Positions 53,207 through 62,771 of a DNA stretch of 64,000 nt are shown here, in pieces. Numbering within the stretch: position 1 is the first letter of the stretch; every line of letters starts with the position of its first letter. The notes under the pieces were generated by a model. That model was not told where the DNA came from and did no database searches. It worked only from the letters and a program-made list of their open reading frames with translations. The DNA is from Gammaproteobacteria bacterium (GTDB taxonomy: Bacteria; Pseudomonadota; Gammaproteobacteria; Arenicellales; JAANXG01): assembly GCA_024638505.1 (NCBI GenBank), contig JAHEKE010000012.1, forward strand, positions 7,509-71,508, read 5' to 3'. The position numbers and the translations under genes were made by a program.

Positions 53207-53354
53207 TTCTTATTACGGCCTCGAAGAGTAAGTCGATAGCTGGAAAAGGCGCGAGGATCAAACACTTTAACTGCTATCCTGCGCGAGCGCAACCGCCCGA
53301 TACCGTAGCTTAAGCTATGTTTATTAAGACGTTAGCTGCAGTTTTGCCTCAGGT

Positions 53355-53627
53355 TTAGCGGTGGGGCCCATGGTCGCTGCGCTGGCGACGCGCGTGCTGC
53401 AGGTGACGCCATTTGCGCAGCATTCTGCGCCACTGTGGTTCAAAACGAGTACTCAAGTAGGCCATCGGATATCCCAAATAGTGGCGCATCATGAGCGCGA
53501 CGAGATGGGTTAGTTTGAGCCCGTTGGCGAAGCCCCACAGCGGCCGCATCTTGCCTGACAGGTACTGGCGAAACAGTCGCCCGACGGACATACCCTGCAG
53601 GTCATAGTTGTCTGTTCTAAGCCTCAT
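53355..53627 (-). CDS. Small basic hypothetical protein (doubtful)
   Basis: 90 aa counted from the ATG at 53627, very Arg-rich at the C-terminus. The frame stays open upstream to 53741, overlapping the end of the HAD gene. No recognisable motif. Confidence 0.3.
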   Translation of the reverse strand: MRLRTDNYDLQGMSVGRLFRQYLSGKMRPLWGFANGLKLTHLVALMMRHYLGYPMAYLSTRFEPQWRRMLRKWRHLQHARRQRSDHGPHR

Positions 53628-53644
53628 CTTTCTATACCGGACGC

Positions 53645-55705
53645 TCAGGCCCACAGCCGCAGCATTCGCGCAATATGCCGGTAAAAGTAGCGGAGCCGGG
53701 TAAACGGCAGCAACGCGATTGCCAGCGGGCTGATATCCCACAGCGATCGGTTGTAGCGCACGACTGCTCTTTCGATCTGACGCTCACCGGCAAAATCATC
53801 CTGATGAAAAAAATGTTTGATCCGCTTCACCTCCCTCGAGCTGGGAAAAGCAAGTCGTGATACGACGTAAAAGTTCAGCCAGGGACGGACGAAGTTCGGT
53901 GTGTAGCCGAGGATAGAAACAGCGATGGCATAGCGCTCCACCGATTGCAGAATGCCGTCGTGCAGCGGCTTATAGTACTGGCTTTGCTCTGCCTCCGCGC
54001 GGGCGTCCCGATCCTCGACGGTTCTGAGCACCGGCTTGACCTGCTCCTGCACGCGCTCATAGCCAACCACGCTGGGGTGGGGCGCACGGCAGATCTCTTC
54101 CATCACGTCTTTTATGGTCAGGATGTAACTGGTGGCGAGGTTGAATTTGTGCTGGTCAAAAACAAGGCCCTGATATTGGCTGTCTTCAGTGCTTGCGTAC
54201 GGGCCCATGCGCGTTGCCGCGAGAAGAAACCCGTGTATACGGGGTCGGTCTTGGCGATGGCCAATAGCCTGATTCAAGTAGTGCTGAATGGTACCCAACC
54301 AGCCAATATCCACCAGTGCGACGTCTTCGTGCTCGAAAAATCCCTCCGCGTCAAGGTAGTTTTCCACCATGGAACGGGTTTCGATACCCTGCTTTTTTAC
54401 CTCTTCTTGAAACTCCGCGTCGTGCAGCAGCAGCGAGAATGGGTTGGCCGGATTGGCGCCCTCGTTGTCTGCGTGCACCGGCACGATATCGTCATCTGGC
54501 GCCAGCCCAACCCGCCGCAGGGCCTGCTGCAGAGGCGCGATGTCCAGCTTGTAAACGCGGCAGATGTCGAGAAAATCTCTGTTCTGCATGGGCAGTAGTG
54601 CGGCGATCGCGTTGGCAGCGGTAAGCCCGCTGTTGGCGCAGGCTGCGCTGGACAGCGCAATCCGACTGACGTACAGGTAGCTTGCATGGGGTACACCGCC
54701 GTCGGCAAAAAGATAAGGCGCCATGCGTTTCCAGCATTCAAAAAACATCCAGCCTTCACGGGAGCAGAAGTAAACTCGCTTAATGTTGCGCTGCCTGCAC
54801 TGCTGGGCCAGGCAGTGTATGAAGTATCCGACGATCATGCCGAACAGATTGTATCCGTCCACGAACAGCGCAGGCTGGTCGCGGTTCTCCGCTTCCAGCG
54901 GCAGCATTAGCTGTAAAACGTTGCGCCCCTTCCAGAAGTGTTTTACCTTAGCCAAGGAATGCAGCAAGCGGGCAATCCCTTTACGCTGTTTTTCCTTAAC
55001 GTCGTGAATGACCAGGGCCGTGATGCCCAGCTGCCTGGGGCGCATGCCGTCTGAAATGATGTTGTCGCCAACGTGCAGCCACCGACTCATGTCGATACCG
55101 TGCCTTTCCCGCACCAGTTCGTACCCCGCGCCCGATGCCTTGGCGCGAAAAGTATCTGCGGATGAGACCACGTCGGTTATATATTGAGACAATCCTTTGA
55201 CCTCGACCAGGCGCTTGAGATAGTGCGCCGGCAGGTAAATATCGGAGATCAGCAGTATTTTTTTACCTTGGTCATGCAGCTGTTTGATCCAGCCCACCAG
55301 TTCCGTGCGCGGTGTGAGGACTGCCGATTCCAGCCTCAGCTCGTAGTCGACCACGCGCTCGAATAGCTCGGGGGTATAGCTGTTATCGAACAACCGGCGC
55401 AGCACCTCCGGCATGAATTGATCGTAATTGGCTTCGTGGTCTGGGTGTTCCTGCCCGTTGGTCGAACGGTGCGCGGCCTCGATTTTGTCCCGCAGCGCCT
55501 GCACCTCCTGCCATGAGGTCGTTATCCCCTGGCTCCGTGCCAGGTCGGCGACAAAACGGGCCACCGGCGGCTTGACCAGATCCGGATCGTGTATACAGCG
55601 CACGAACAGGGTGTCGAATATATCTATGGAAACGATCTCTTTATCAGAGATCAGTGTGTTCGCATGGCTGATCAGGCGGGGCAGCGAGTAGAACGGTTTC
55701 ACCAA
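53645..55705 (-). CDS. Large HAD-superfamily hydrolase-like protein (COG5610-type)
   Basis: 686 aa, with a TTG start immediately after the GT2 stop. HAD motif I-like VSIDIFDTLFVR, LISDIY, and HVGDNIISD (motif IV-like). It is followed by an uncharacterised extension of about 450 aa. Confidence 0.7.
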   Translation of the reverse strand: MVKPFYSLPRLISHANTLISDKEIVSIDIFDTLFVRCIHDPDLVKPPVARFVADLARSQGITTSWQEVQALRDKIEAAHRSTNGQEHPDHEANYDQFMPEVLRRLFDNSYTPELFERVVDYELRLESAVLTPRTELVGWIKQLHDQGKKILLISDIYLPAHYLKRLVEVKGLSQYITDVVSSADTFRAKASGAGYELVRERHGIDMSRWLHVGDNIISDGMRPRQLGITALVIHDVKEKQRKGIARLLHSLAKVKHFWKGRNVLQLMLPLEAENRDQPALFVDGYNLFGMIVGYFIHCLAQQCRQRNIKRVYFCSREGWMFFECWKRMAPYLFADGGVPHASYLYVSRIALSSAACANSGLTAANAIAALLPMQNRDFLDICRVYKLDIAPLQQALRRVGLAPDDDIVPVHADNEGANPANPFSLLLHDAEFQEEVKKQGIETRSMVENYLDAEGFFEHEDVALVDIGWLGTIQHYLNQAIGHRQDRPRIHGFLLAATRMGPYASTEDSQYQGLVFDQHKFNLATSYILTIKDVMEEICRAPHPSVVGYERVQEQVKPVLRTVEDRDARAEAEQSQYYKPLHDGILQSVERYAIAVSILGYTPNFVRPWLNFYVVSRLAFPSSREVKRIKHFFHQDDFAGERQIERAVVRYNRSLWDISPLAIALLPFTRLRYFYRHIARMLRLWA

Positions 55706-56629
55706 TCAGCCTCGGCTAAACATCGACTGCAGTTTGTGTACGATCCTGCCGGGTATACTTGGTGTTTTACCGTTGCGCTGGGCGTGGCTCAGCCGGTTGC
55801 GTACGTTGATCAACTCGTGCTCAAGGGCGATCAAGCGATCAACGGCAGTATTAATATAAGCGTGCGTATCCGGCGGGCATCTTGCCAGCAAGTATTGTCG
55901 AATGATTTTTCTATCCTGCTCACGGCCGATGATCGCGGCCTCACTCAGCGTATTTGCGCTGTGAATTCTGTAGTACAGCAGTTTTTCATCATGCAGATAC
56001 ACCGTATTGCGCTCAGCAGCCAGCAAAACGCGAAAAATATAGTCGTAGTCGTGCAGATAGCGCAACGCAGAAAAACCACCGACCCGATTTGCCAGCTCCC
56101 GGGTTAGGAACAGATTGGAAGTGGTGACCATGTAATTACCGTGCAGGAAGCCGTCGTACAGATCATTGCTTTTCAAGTAGTACTCCCGGTTGCGTTCATG
56201 CCAGCGGCGCCATGGCATTTCAGGCGGCATTTCATTGCCAGCATCGTCAATCGGGATGACGTCGCTGAACACGCACGCGGCAGAAGTGGTGCGCTGCGTA
56301 TCAAGCAGGCGTTCCAGCCGGTTGGATTTATACACGTCGTCCGAATTAATGATGCTGATAAAGCTGCCCCGGCTTAATTCCATCCCGCGGTTGAGCGCGT
56401 TAAATGCATCCTGGTTTTGCTGGAAATGATAGTAAACTCTGGGGTCATCGTACCCACGGGCTATTGCTCCCGTCCGATCGGTTGACCCATCATCAATGAT
56501 GATTAATTCCAGGTCCGGGACGGACTGGTTTAGTACACTGTCTATGGCGGCCGCGACGTAGCGTTCATGATTGTAGGCGGGCATCACCACGCTGACTAGG
56601 GGAATGCCATCAGGGCTGGTTTCTTCCAT
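55706..56629 (-). CDS. Family-2 glycosyltransferase (soluble)
   Basis: 307 aa. VSVVMPAYNHERYVAAAIDSVLNQSVPDLELIIIDDGSTD and INSDD. No C-terminal TM helices. Confidence 0.85.
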   Translation of the reverse strand: MEETSPDGIPLVSVVMPAYNHERYVAAAIDSVLNQSVPDLELIIIDDGSTDRTGAIARGYDDPRVYYHFQQNQDAFNALNRGMELSRGSFISIINSDDVYKSNRLERLLDTQRTTSAACVFSDVIPIDDAGNEMPPEMPWRRWHERNREYYLKSNDLYDGFLHGNYMVTTSNLFLTRELANRVGGFSALRYLHDYDYIFRVLLAAERNTVYLHDEKLLYYRIHSANTLSEAAIIGREQDRKIIRQYLLARCPPDTHAYINTAVDRLIALEHELINVRNRLSHAQRNGKTPSIPGRIVHKLQSMFSRG

Positions 56630-56816
56630 TGCGTAAAGCGCCGTTGCCGGTGCGATATAATTCTTTTCGTAAGCAAGTCGTTAGAGGGGTGGTAATAATA
56701 GCTTACAATGCACCAGATGTTGCACTTTCCATTATCGACAGTAAAAATATTAGATCGACAACAGCGGTGCAAGGCATTTCGCCAGACTTCCACTTGATTA
56801 AAGCCCGCCACAGTCC

Positions 56817-58628
56817 GTGAACGCACATCCAAGCGGTAGCCGGGGTCTCAAGCCTTATCCCCAGTCATTGACTGTCTTGACTGCGCTTTTGCTGCTGCTT
56901 GTGTTTTGCATATACTACGCCGTTGCCGCTTGGCATCTGCCGCGCGGTGCGGGTCCAGACAGCGAAGCGCACTACGACGTCGCCCGCTTTGTTTATGAAA
57001 AAGGACGCTTGGCGGTACTGCCAGATGATGCGGGCAGCCTTTTACTGACGCCCTACGGGACCACGCGTGCGCTAAGGCCTCCACTGTCCTACCTCGTAGC
57101 AGCAGGTATGGCGGGCCTGATACATGAATCCGGCGACAGTCTGTTTAAGAGTCTGCGTTTTGGTTCCGCATTGCTTTGTGCGCTCGCCGTGATGCTGACG
57201 TTCCTCGGGCTGATTCTGCTTTATGAGCGCTACTGGCTGGCGCTGGCTGGCGCCCTGTTGTTTGGACTGCTGCCGCAGCTGGCATTCATTGCATCCTATA
57301 CCAACGATGACAGCGGCGCGATATTTGCTGGCACCGCGTTGGCCTTCAGCATCATCCTGATTCTGCGCTACGGTTTGACTGTGCGGACCTCTGTTGCGTT
57401 TGGTTTGGCAACCGGACTGGTGCTGCTGTCTAAATTTACTGCCTGGGTATTATTGCCTGCGGCCGCAGTTTTTATCCTACCCCGTCTTGTACAGCTGCGC
57501 GGTCGGGCGATTAAGCTTGCTGCTGTCCTGGCCATCACCGCGCTGATTGGTGGCGGCTGGTGGATAGTTTTCAACATGATCCACTACGGCGTCGACGATC
57601 CTTTGTTGACCAGGGCGTCACGCAACCTATCCCAGCAGCATGCCACCATAGCCAATCCGGAAAACCGGGGCTACGCCAGTCGCGGTATCGGAGCCAGTCA
57701 GCTTATTATTCAAAACTATAAGAATTTTATCGGTGAATCGTTCAAAGCTGTGGTAGGCAACCTGGACTGGTTGCGGCTGCGCGTGGGTTGGCCACAGTAT
57801 CTCTTGTATGGCCTGTTATTTGTAATGGGCATGCTTTATTTTCCGTTTCGTCTCATTGCGAGAAACATAAGGTACGGGGTGAAGCGAGAAGTAGCAGAAC
57901 CGGATGGCGCCACCTTCTTCTATCTTGTGCTGTTCTTCATGCTGCTGATACAGATAGTCATGTACGTCAGGTTCAACCTGTATCACGATGTACAAATTCA
58001 GGGGAAATATCTGCTGCCAGTGTTGTTACCGATGCTGGTATTGTCCATGGCTGCGCTTACCGCCACCTTCAAAGTGGTAGATGATTGGATATTGCAACCG
58101 GAGGCCGTACTGAAAGGCGCGCTGGGCGTGCTGGCCTTTGTAATCATTATCGGGACGCACGTGCACGCCCTGACGGCTTATGTCATACCCTACTATTTCC
58201 AACAACCGCTTAACTTCAGGACAAGCCGTTTGCAATATCTGGATTTCAGCAACCTTGATTTTGTCAAGGCAGCGCGCGATGTTGAGCTAAGCGTCAGTCC
58301 AAGCGGGCTGCTCGTGAAGTCAATGGACAACGATCCGCAAATTGTTTTAAAGAATCGGTACTGTAAATGGTTGGCGCCCAACTCGATTGCGCACATCGTG
58401 CTTCACGCGGAGCGGGTTGGACACTTTAAAATTTACATTGATCAGGGCAATGGTTTCCGCGAGCGAAGCGTACACAGCAGGCGCTACGCGGTGGGGTCCA
58501 ATCACCTCATCATTCCTTTCGGCACGAAGCGATGCAAGGCCATCCGCTTGGATCCGGCAGTGGAGGCCGGTGAAATAGTTCTCAAGCGGGTCGGCTTCGC
58601 CTCGATGTCAATCAGTAATGCACAATAG
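56817..58628 (+). CDS. GT-C-fold (ArnT/PMT-like) polytopic membrane glycosyltransferase candidate 2 with C-terminal beta-rich domain
   Basis: 603 aa, GTG start, at least 10 hydrophobic segments. The loop-1 pattern GPDSEAHYDVARFVYEKGRL...LRPPLSYL parallels ArnT DEARYAEIAREM...KPPL. The C-terminal domain of about 110 aa carries FKIYIDQGNGFRE...IRLDP. Confidence 0.6.
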   Translation: MNAHPSGSRGLKPYPQSLTVLTALLLLLVFCIYYAVAAWHLPRGAGPDSEAHYDVARFVYEKGRLAVLPDDAGSLLLTPYGTTRALRPPLSYLVAAGMAGLIHESGDSLFKSLRFGSALLCALAVMLTFLGLILLYERYWLALAGALLFGLLPQLAFIASYTNDDSGAIFAGTALAFSIILILRYGLTVRTSVAFGLATGLVLLSKFTAWVLLPAAAVFILPRLVQLRGRAIKLAAVLAITALIGGGWWIVFNMIHYGVDDPLLTRASRNLSQQHATIANPENRGYASRGIGASQLIIQNYKNFIGESFKAVVGNLDWLRLRVGWPQYLLYGLLFVMGMLYFPFRLIARNIRYGVKREVAEPDGATFFYLVLFFMLLIQIVMYVRFNLYHDVQIQGKYLLPVLLPMLVLSMAALTATFKVVDDWILQPEAVLKGALGVLAFVIIIGTHVHALTAYVIPYYFQQPLNFRTSRLQYLDFSNLDFVKAARDVELSVSPSGLLVKSMDNDPQIVLKNRYCKWLAPNSIAHIVLHAERVGHFKIYIDQGNGFRERSVHSRRYAVGSNHLIIPFGTKRCKAIRLDPAVEAGEIVLKRVGFASMSISNAQ

Positions 58629-58676
58629 TGCCGCTTCCCAGCCAACGTTCAAGCAGAACAAATCGGGCCTGACCGC

Positions 58677-60350
58677 TTGCACCGGCGCATAGCAGAACTT
58701 AAGAGCGAATTCTTTGACGTGCTCGTGATCGGGGGCGGGATTACCGGCGCGTGGATTGCCCTGGACTGCGTGTCGCGAGGGCTCTCTGTTGCCTTAATTG
58801 AGAAGGGGGATTTTGGAGCGGGTACTTCGGCAAAGTCATCAAAGGTAATCCATGGCGGCATACGGTATCTGCAGCAGCTTCGCTTGGATAAGGTGCGAGA
58901 GTCCGCGCTTGAGCGGGCTTATTATCACCGAGCGGCACCCCATCTGACGCAGTTCGTGCCGTTTATGATTCCTGCTTACCGCTCGCTGGCGCAGGGTCGG
59001 ACGCTGCTGCGGGCGGGTATGAGCATCTACCGCGCGCTGTGTAGCGGTGAGGATAAGATTACGGCGGATCCCGCCAAGGCGGTGCCTCCCTCGTTTGAAC
59101 TGAGCCGAGACGAGGCTCTGGCAAAGTTGCCGCTGGCGAAGGCAAATCTGACCGGTGCTCTGGTGTATTACGAAAGCCACATGGAGAGCTCCGAACGCAT
59201 GACGCTGGCCGTGCTTGATCACGCCCACCATTTGGGCGCCGTCTGCGCTAACTACGTCTGTGCCCGCAGCCCGCTGCTGGATCAATCCAACAGGGTGACC
59301 GGCATGCTGGTCGAAGACGTCGAGCAGGGACAGAGCTTCGAGCTGCGCGCCCGTCTTACGGTCAACGCAACGGGACCGTGGATACCCGCACTCAATCGCG
59401 CGCTGTTCAAGGATCACAGTGCGGTCGCCACCACCGGCTATTCCCGGGGCTCGCACCTGGTTACGCGGCAGCTGATTGAGAACTATGCCGTCGCGCTGCC
59501 CACTCGTTTCTCCGGGCAAAACGTGATTGATCGCGGAGGTCGTCATATTTTTATCATCCCCTGGCGCGGCTGCTCGCTTATTGGTACCAGTTATATTGCG
59601 ACTGAAGAAATAGATGATCCGGTGATCGAACGGGACGAAGTGGAGCAGCTGTTGGGTGAGATCAATCGGCAGATACCCGCTTTGGACTTGATGCCGCAGG
59701 ATGTGCGGCACGCTTTTTCCGGGATCTATCCGCTGCATGACAGCGTTGTGCGCGCAAAAACCTATCAGGGATCCGGGGATTATCAAATTGTTGATCACGC
59801 CAAGTTGGGTTACGCGGGGATCATATCCGCGCTGGGGGCAAAGTTCACAACCGCACGGCTCGTTGCGGAGAAGGTGACTGACTGCGTGATCGCACATCTG
59901 GCTGCTGACGCGCGCGCCTGTCAAACCCGATCGATGCGGCTGGCTAGCGCAGCCTACGACAACCTGGAGCATTACGCACCGGAAAAATCTGCGGACTGCG
60001 CGAAAACTCTGAGTGCGGATCAGGTCAAGCGGCTGATCCGGCAATACGGCTCAAAGGTTGAAAGCGCACTGGCGCCAGCAATGGATGACAGCAGCCTGCT
60101 GCAGCCGCTATGCCGCAGCCGGCCCAATCTCAAGGCGGAGGTATATCATGCAGTCGAACAGGAGATGGCGGTGCGCTTGGACGACTTCATTTATCGAAGA
60201 ACCGGTATCGGTACAATTGGGTTTCCCGACAGCGAATGCATTGATGCCACCGTTGTCATCATGTCCAACCTGCTCGGGTGGGATGCGGCCAGGTGTGCGC
60301 TGGAGCGCCAGCGCTTAGACCGCTACAAGCGGTGGTTGGATAATTTATGA
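58677..60350 (+). CDS. FAD-dependent glycerol-3-phosphate dehydrogenase/oxidase-like protein (GlpD/GlpO family)
   Basis: 557 aa, TTG start. Dinucleotide fold FDVLVIGGGITGAWIALDCVSRGLSVALIEKGDFGAGTSAKSSKVIHGGIRYL, with SRGSHLV and GAKFTTAR as in GlpD. Confidence 0.8.
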   Translation: MHRRIAELKSEFFDVLVIGGGITGAWIALDCVSRGLSVALIEKGDFGAGTSAKSSKVIHGGIRYLQQLRLDKVRESALERAYYHRAAPHLTQFVPFMIPAYRSLAQGRTLLRAGMSIYRALCSGEDKITADPAKAVPPSFELSRDEALAKLPLAKANLTGALVYYESHMESSERMTLAVLDHAHHLGAVCANYVCARSPLLDQSNRVTGMLVEDVEQGQSFELRARLTVNATGPWIPALNRALFKDHSAVATTGYSRGSHLVTRQLIENYAVALPTRFSGQNVIDRGGRHIFIIPWRGCSLIGTSYIATEEIDDPVIERDEVEQLLGEINRQIPALDLMPQDVRHAFSGIYPLHDSVVRAKTYQGSGDYQIVDHAKLGYAGIISALGAKFTTARLVAEKVTDCVIAHLAADARACQTRSMRLASAAYDNLEHYAPEKSADCAKTLSADQVKRLIRQYGSKVESALAPAMDDSSLLQPLCRSRPNLKAEVYHAVEQEMAVRLDDFIYRRTGIGTIGFPDSECIDATVVIMSNLLGWDAARCALERQRLDRYKRWLDNL

Positions 60351-61537
60351 ACGCTGCCGAGCGGCTGCGTGTGCTGCACGTTGCGCCCACCCCCTTTTTT
60401 TCTGATCGCGGCTGCCATATCCGTATTGAGGGAATCGTCCGCGCGCTCAGCAGGAAAAATATAAAAAGCGTTGTATGTACATACCACCACGGCCGGGAAC
60501 GGCCGGGGGTAGATGCCCGGCGTATACAGCCCATTAAGTTCTATGAAGATACCAAAGCGGGCCCTCACTCCGCGAAATATTACGCTGACTGCAAGCTTTT
60601 ATGGCTGGTGCAGAAAACCATGCGCAGCTACCGACCGGACATTATCCATGCGCATCTGCATGAGGGCGCACTGCTCGGCTGGTTGGCCAAGTGGTTTACT
60701 TTGAATATGCGAATTCCGCTGGTTGTCGATATCCAGGGTGGATTGGTCGGCGAGCTGGACAGCCACGACTATTTCGCTAGGGCAAAGATGCTGCGTCCCG
60801 CGTTTAGGGGTTTGGAATACATGATCCTGCGCCTGCCGCAGCACCTGTTTTTTTCTTCTGTTTCGAGCATGACCATGCTGCAGGCAGATTATGGCCTGCG
60901 CGCAGACCGCTTGACGCTGTTAATTGACCGAATTGAGCCCAACATGGAATACGGCACCGCACATCGGGTTGGGAACGGAAAAGTAACCGTTGTTTATTCT
61001 GGTTCCCTGCTGGCGGCGAAGGGACTGCCGACGCTACTCGAGGTGGCGGCCAGGCTGCTGACGCGGCGCAGCGATGTGCAAATGATGCTGATAGGCTATC
61101 CGCTTGAAGAAACCGAGTCGTTTTTAAGGGCCAGAGGCCTTTCGGACCGCTGCACGCTAACCGGAAAGATCAACTTTGAAGTCCTGCCGCAGCACCTGGG
61201 CCGAGCTGATATCGCGCTCGACCCCAAATCAGCCGCTGCCGGCGAAGGCAGCGGAAAGACACTGAACTATATGGCGGCTGGCCTGCCAGTCGTCGCTTTC
61301 GACTCAGCTAACAATCGCGCGGTTCTGGGGCAGCAGCAGGAGCTGGTGGCGCAAGGGTCGATCGACGCTTTCGTGCGGCGAATAGAATTTCTCATCGATC
61401 ATCCCCAGGTGCGCCGAGCGGAGGGTAGGCGTAACCGCGAGCGGGCGCAGCGAGAGCTGACCTGGGATACGGCTATGGATATGGTACTGCCTGTATATGC
61501 AAAACTACTCGGCCCGGAAAAATACTCAATTGACTGA
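60347..61537 (+). CDS. GT4-family (GT-B) glycosyltransferase
   Basis: 396 aa. The ATG overlaps the upstream TGA (ATGA). LRVLHVAPTPFFSDRGCHIR, IIHAHLHEGA, and C-terminal GEGSGKTLNYMAAGLPVVAF. Confidence 0.8.
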   Translation: MNAAERLRVLHVAPTPFFSDRGCHIRIEGIVRALSRKNIKSVVCTYHHGRERPGVDARRIQPIKFYEDTKAGPHSAKYYADCKLLWLVQKTMRSYRPDIIHAHLHEGALLGWLAKWFTLNMRIPLVVDIQGGLVGELDSHDYFARAKMLRPAFRGLEYMILRLPQHLFFSSVSSMTMLQADYGLRADRLTLLIDRIEPNMEYGTAHRVGNGKVTVVYSGSLLAAKGLPTLLEVAARLLTRRSDVQMMLIGYPLEETESFLRARGLSDRCTLTGKINFEVLPQHLGRADIALDPKSAAAGEGSGKTLNYMAAGLPVVAFDSANNRAVLGQQQELVAQGSIDAFVRRIEFLIDHPQVRRAEGRRNRERAQRELTWDTAMDMVLPVYAKLLGPEKYSID

Positions 61538-61777
61538 ATACCGCCCCTCGCTCGTCGTGACCCGCGCCGTCCGAAGGTGATAGGATCGGACGTGATTCTA
61601 ATCATGTACCATACTCTTGCCGCTCGTATAACGATGTTCTTTATCTCTCCCCTGCACGGCGTGCGACGTGGCAATGGCTTATGTGTTGACCGTGCTTTAG
61701 GCGGCACGCCGTTTTCTGCACAAAGTCCGTGTCATGCACAGAGGGTAGGAAGGCAGCATGTTGGCAGAGGCTGAGCG

Positions 61778-62761
61778 ATGAAGATATTGGTTACTGGTGG
61801 GACCGGATTTTCCGGCAAAGCCCTGGTCAAGCGTTTGCTGGATGACAAGCATCAGGTTGTGGCCATGGATTACAAAGAGGGCCTTAAAACCGATGAAATT
61901 AAGTCCTGGGGTGGGGACGTGGTCATTGGCAGCGTTACCGACCGGGCCGTGGTCGAGCGCGTGGTCAAGGGGGTTGATGTTGTCCATCACCTTGCTGCGG
62001 CATTCCGCGAACTGGACGTGCCCAACAGCTACTATGAAGAGGTGAACATTCAGGGCACGCTGAATGTGCTGCAGGCGGCTAAGAGGGAGGGGGTGAAACG
62101 CTTCATCTACTGCAGTACCTGTGGCGTGCACGGTAACGTCGAGCATCCACCGGCAGCGGAAAGCGCCCCGATAAAGCCCGCCGATTATTATCAAAGAACG
62201 AAGTACGAGGCTGAACCGCTGGTGCTGGCCGAACACGGCAAAGGTATTAAGGCGCTGGTGCTGCGTCCAGCGGCGATCTATGGACCCGGTGATCCGGAGC
62301 GCTTCGGCATGATCTTTCGTCGGGTGAATAAAGGCGTGTTCCCCATGTTTGGTGACGGCAAGGCTCTGTACCATCCACTTTACATCGACAATTTTGTCGA
62401 TGCTTTATGCAACGTCCTGCGGGATGGTGTGGGGGATGGTCAGGTATATCTGATCGCGGATGAAGAATACGTCGAGATCGAACAGCTGGTAAAAAAGGTA
62501 GCGCAGGCGTTGCAAACAGAGGTACGCATCCCACATTATCCGTTTCTCCCACTGAGCGTTGCCGGGCATCTCATGGAATGGGTGTGTAAGCCGTTGCATA
62601 TAACTCCACCCATTTTCCCGCGCAGAGTAGACTGGTACAAGCAGAACCGTGCGTTTGATATCAGTAAAGCGAAACAAGACCTCAACTATCATCCGGTCGT
62701 GGATCTGGACGAGGGCCTGCGCCGGACCGCCGATTGGTACAGGTCCGAAGGCTACCTGTAG
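61778..62761 (+). CDS. NAD-dependent epimerase/dehydratase (extended SDR)
   Basis: 327 aa. MKILVTGGTGFSGKALVKRLL (Rossmann), STCGVHG and the YxxxK motif YYQRTKYEAE. Confidence 0.9.
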   Translation: MKILVTGGTGFSGKALVKRLLDDKHQVVAMDYKEGLKTDEIKSWGGDVVIGSVTDRAVVERVVKGVDVVHHLAAAFRELDVPNSYYEEVNIQGTLNVLQAAKREGVKRFIYCSTCGVHGNVEHPPAAESAPIKPADYYQRTKYEAEPLVLAEHGKGIKALVLRPAAIYGPGDPERFGMIFRRVNKGVFPMFGDGKALYHPLYIDNFVDALCNVLRDGVGDGQVYLIADEEYVEIEQLVKKVAQALQTEVRIPHYPFLPLSVAGHLMEWVCKPLHITPPIFPRRVDWYKQNRAFDISKAKQDLNYHPVVDLDEGLRRTADWYRSEGYL

Positions 62762-62771
62762 ACCGCTGGCT

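Noticed and set aside
58839-60044. A 401-aa ORF antisense to the GlpD-like gene. Similar long antisense ORFs occur at 13735-14403 (secF), 61697-62374 (SDR), 53945-54598 and 55589-56107 (HAD/GT2), 52568-53077 (autotransporter), 24437-24952 (PilZ-like), 7601-8143 (PMH) and 4829-5359 (dNK).
   Set aside because: Each lies opposite a gene with unmistakable family motifs. Their translations are Arg/Gln/Pro/Gly-rich and motif-free, as expected for stop-poor antisense frames in GC-rich coding DNA.
60390-60401. A C5T7 homopolymer pair at the 5' end of the GT4 gene, considered as a possible phase-variation tract.
   Set aside because: The tracts are short (5 and 7 nt) and encode the conserved PTPFF motif. 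Similar T7/A7-A8 runs occur in acnA, panC and yajQ. This is not convincing without population data.
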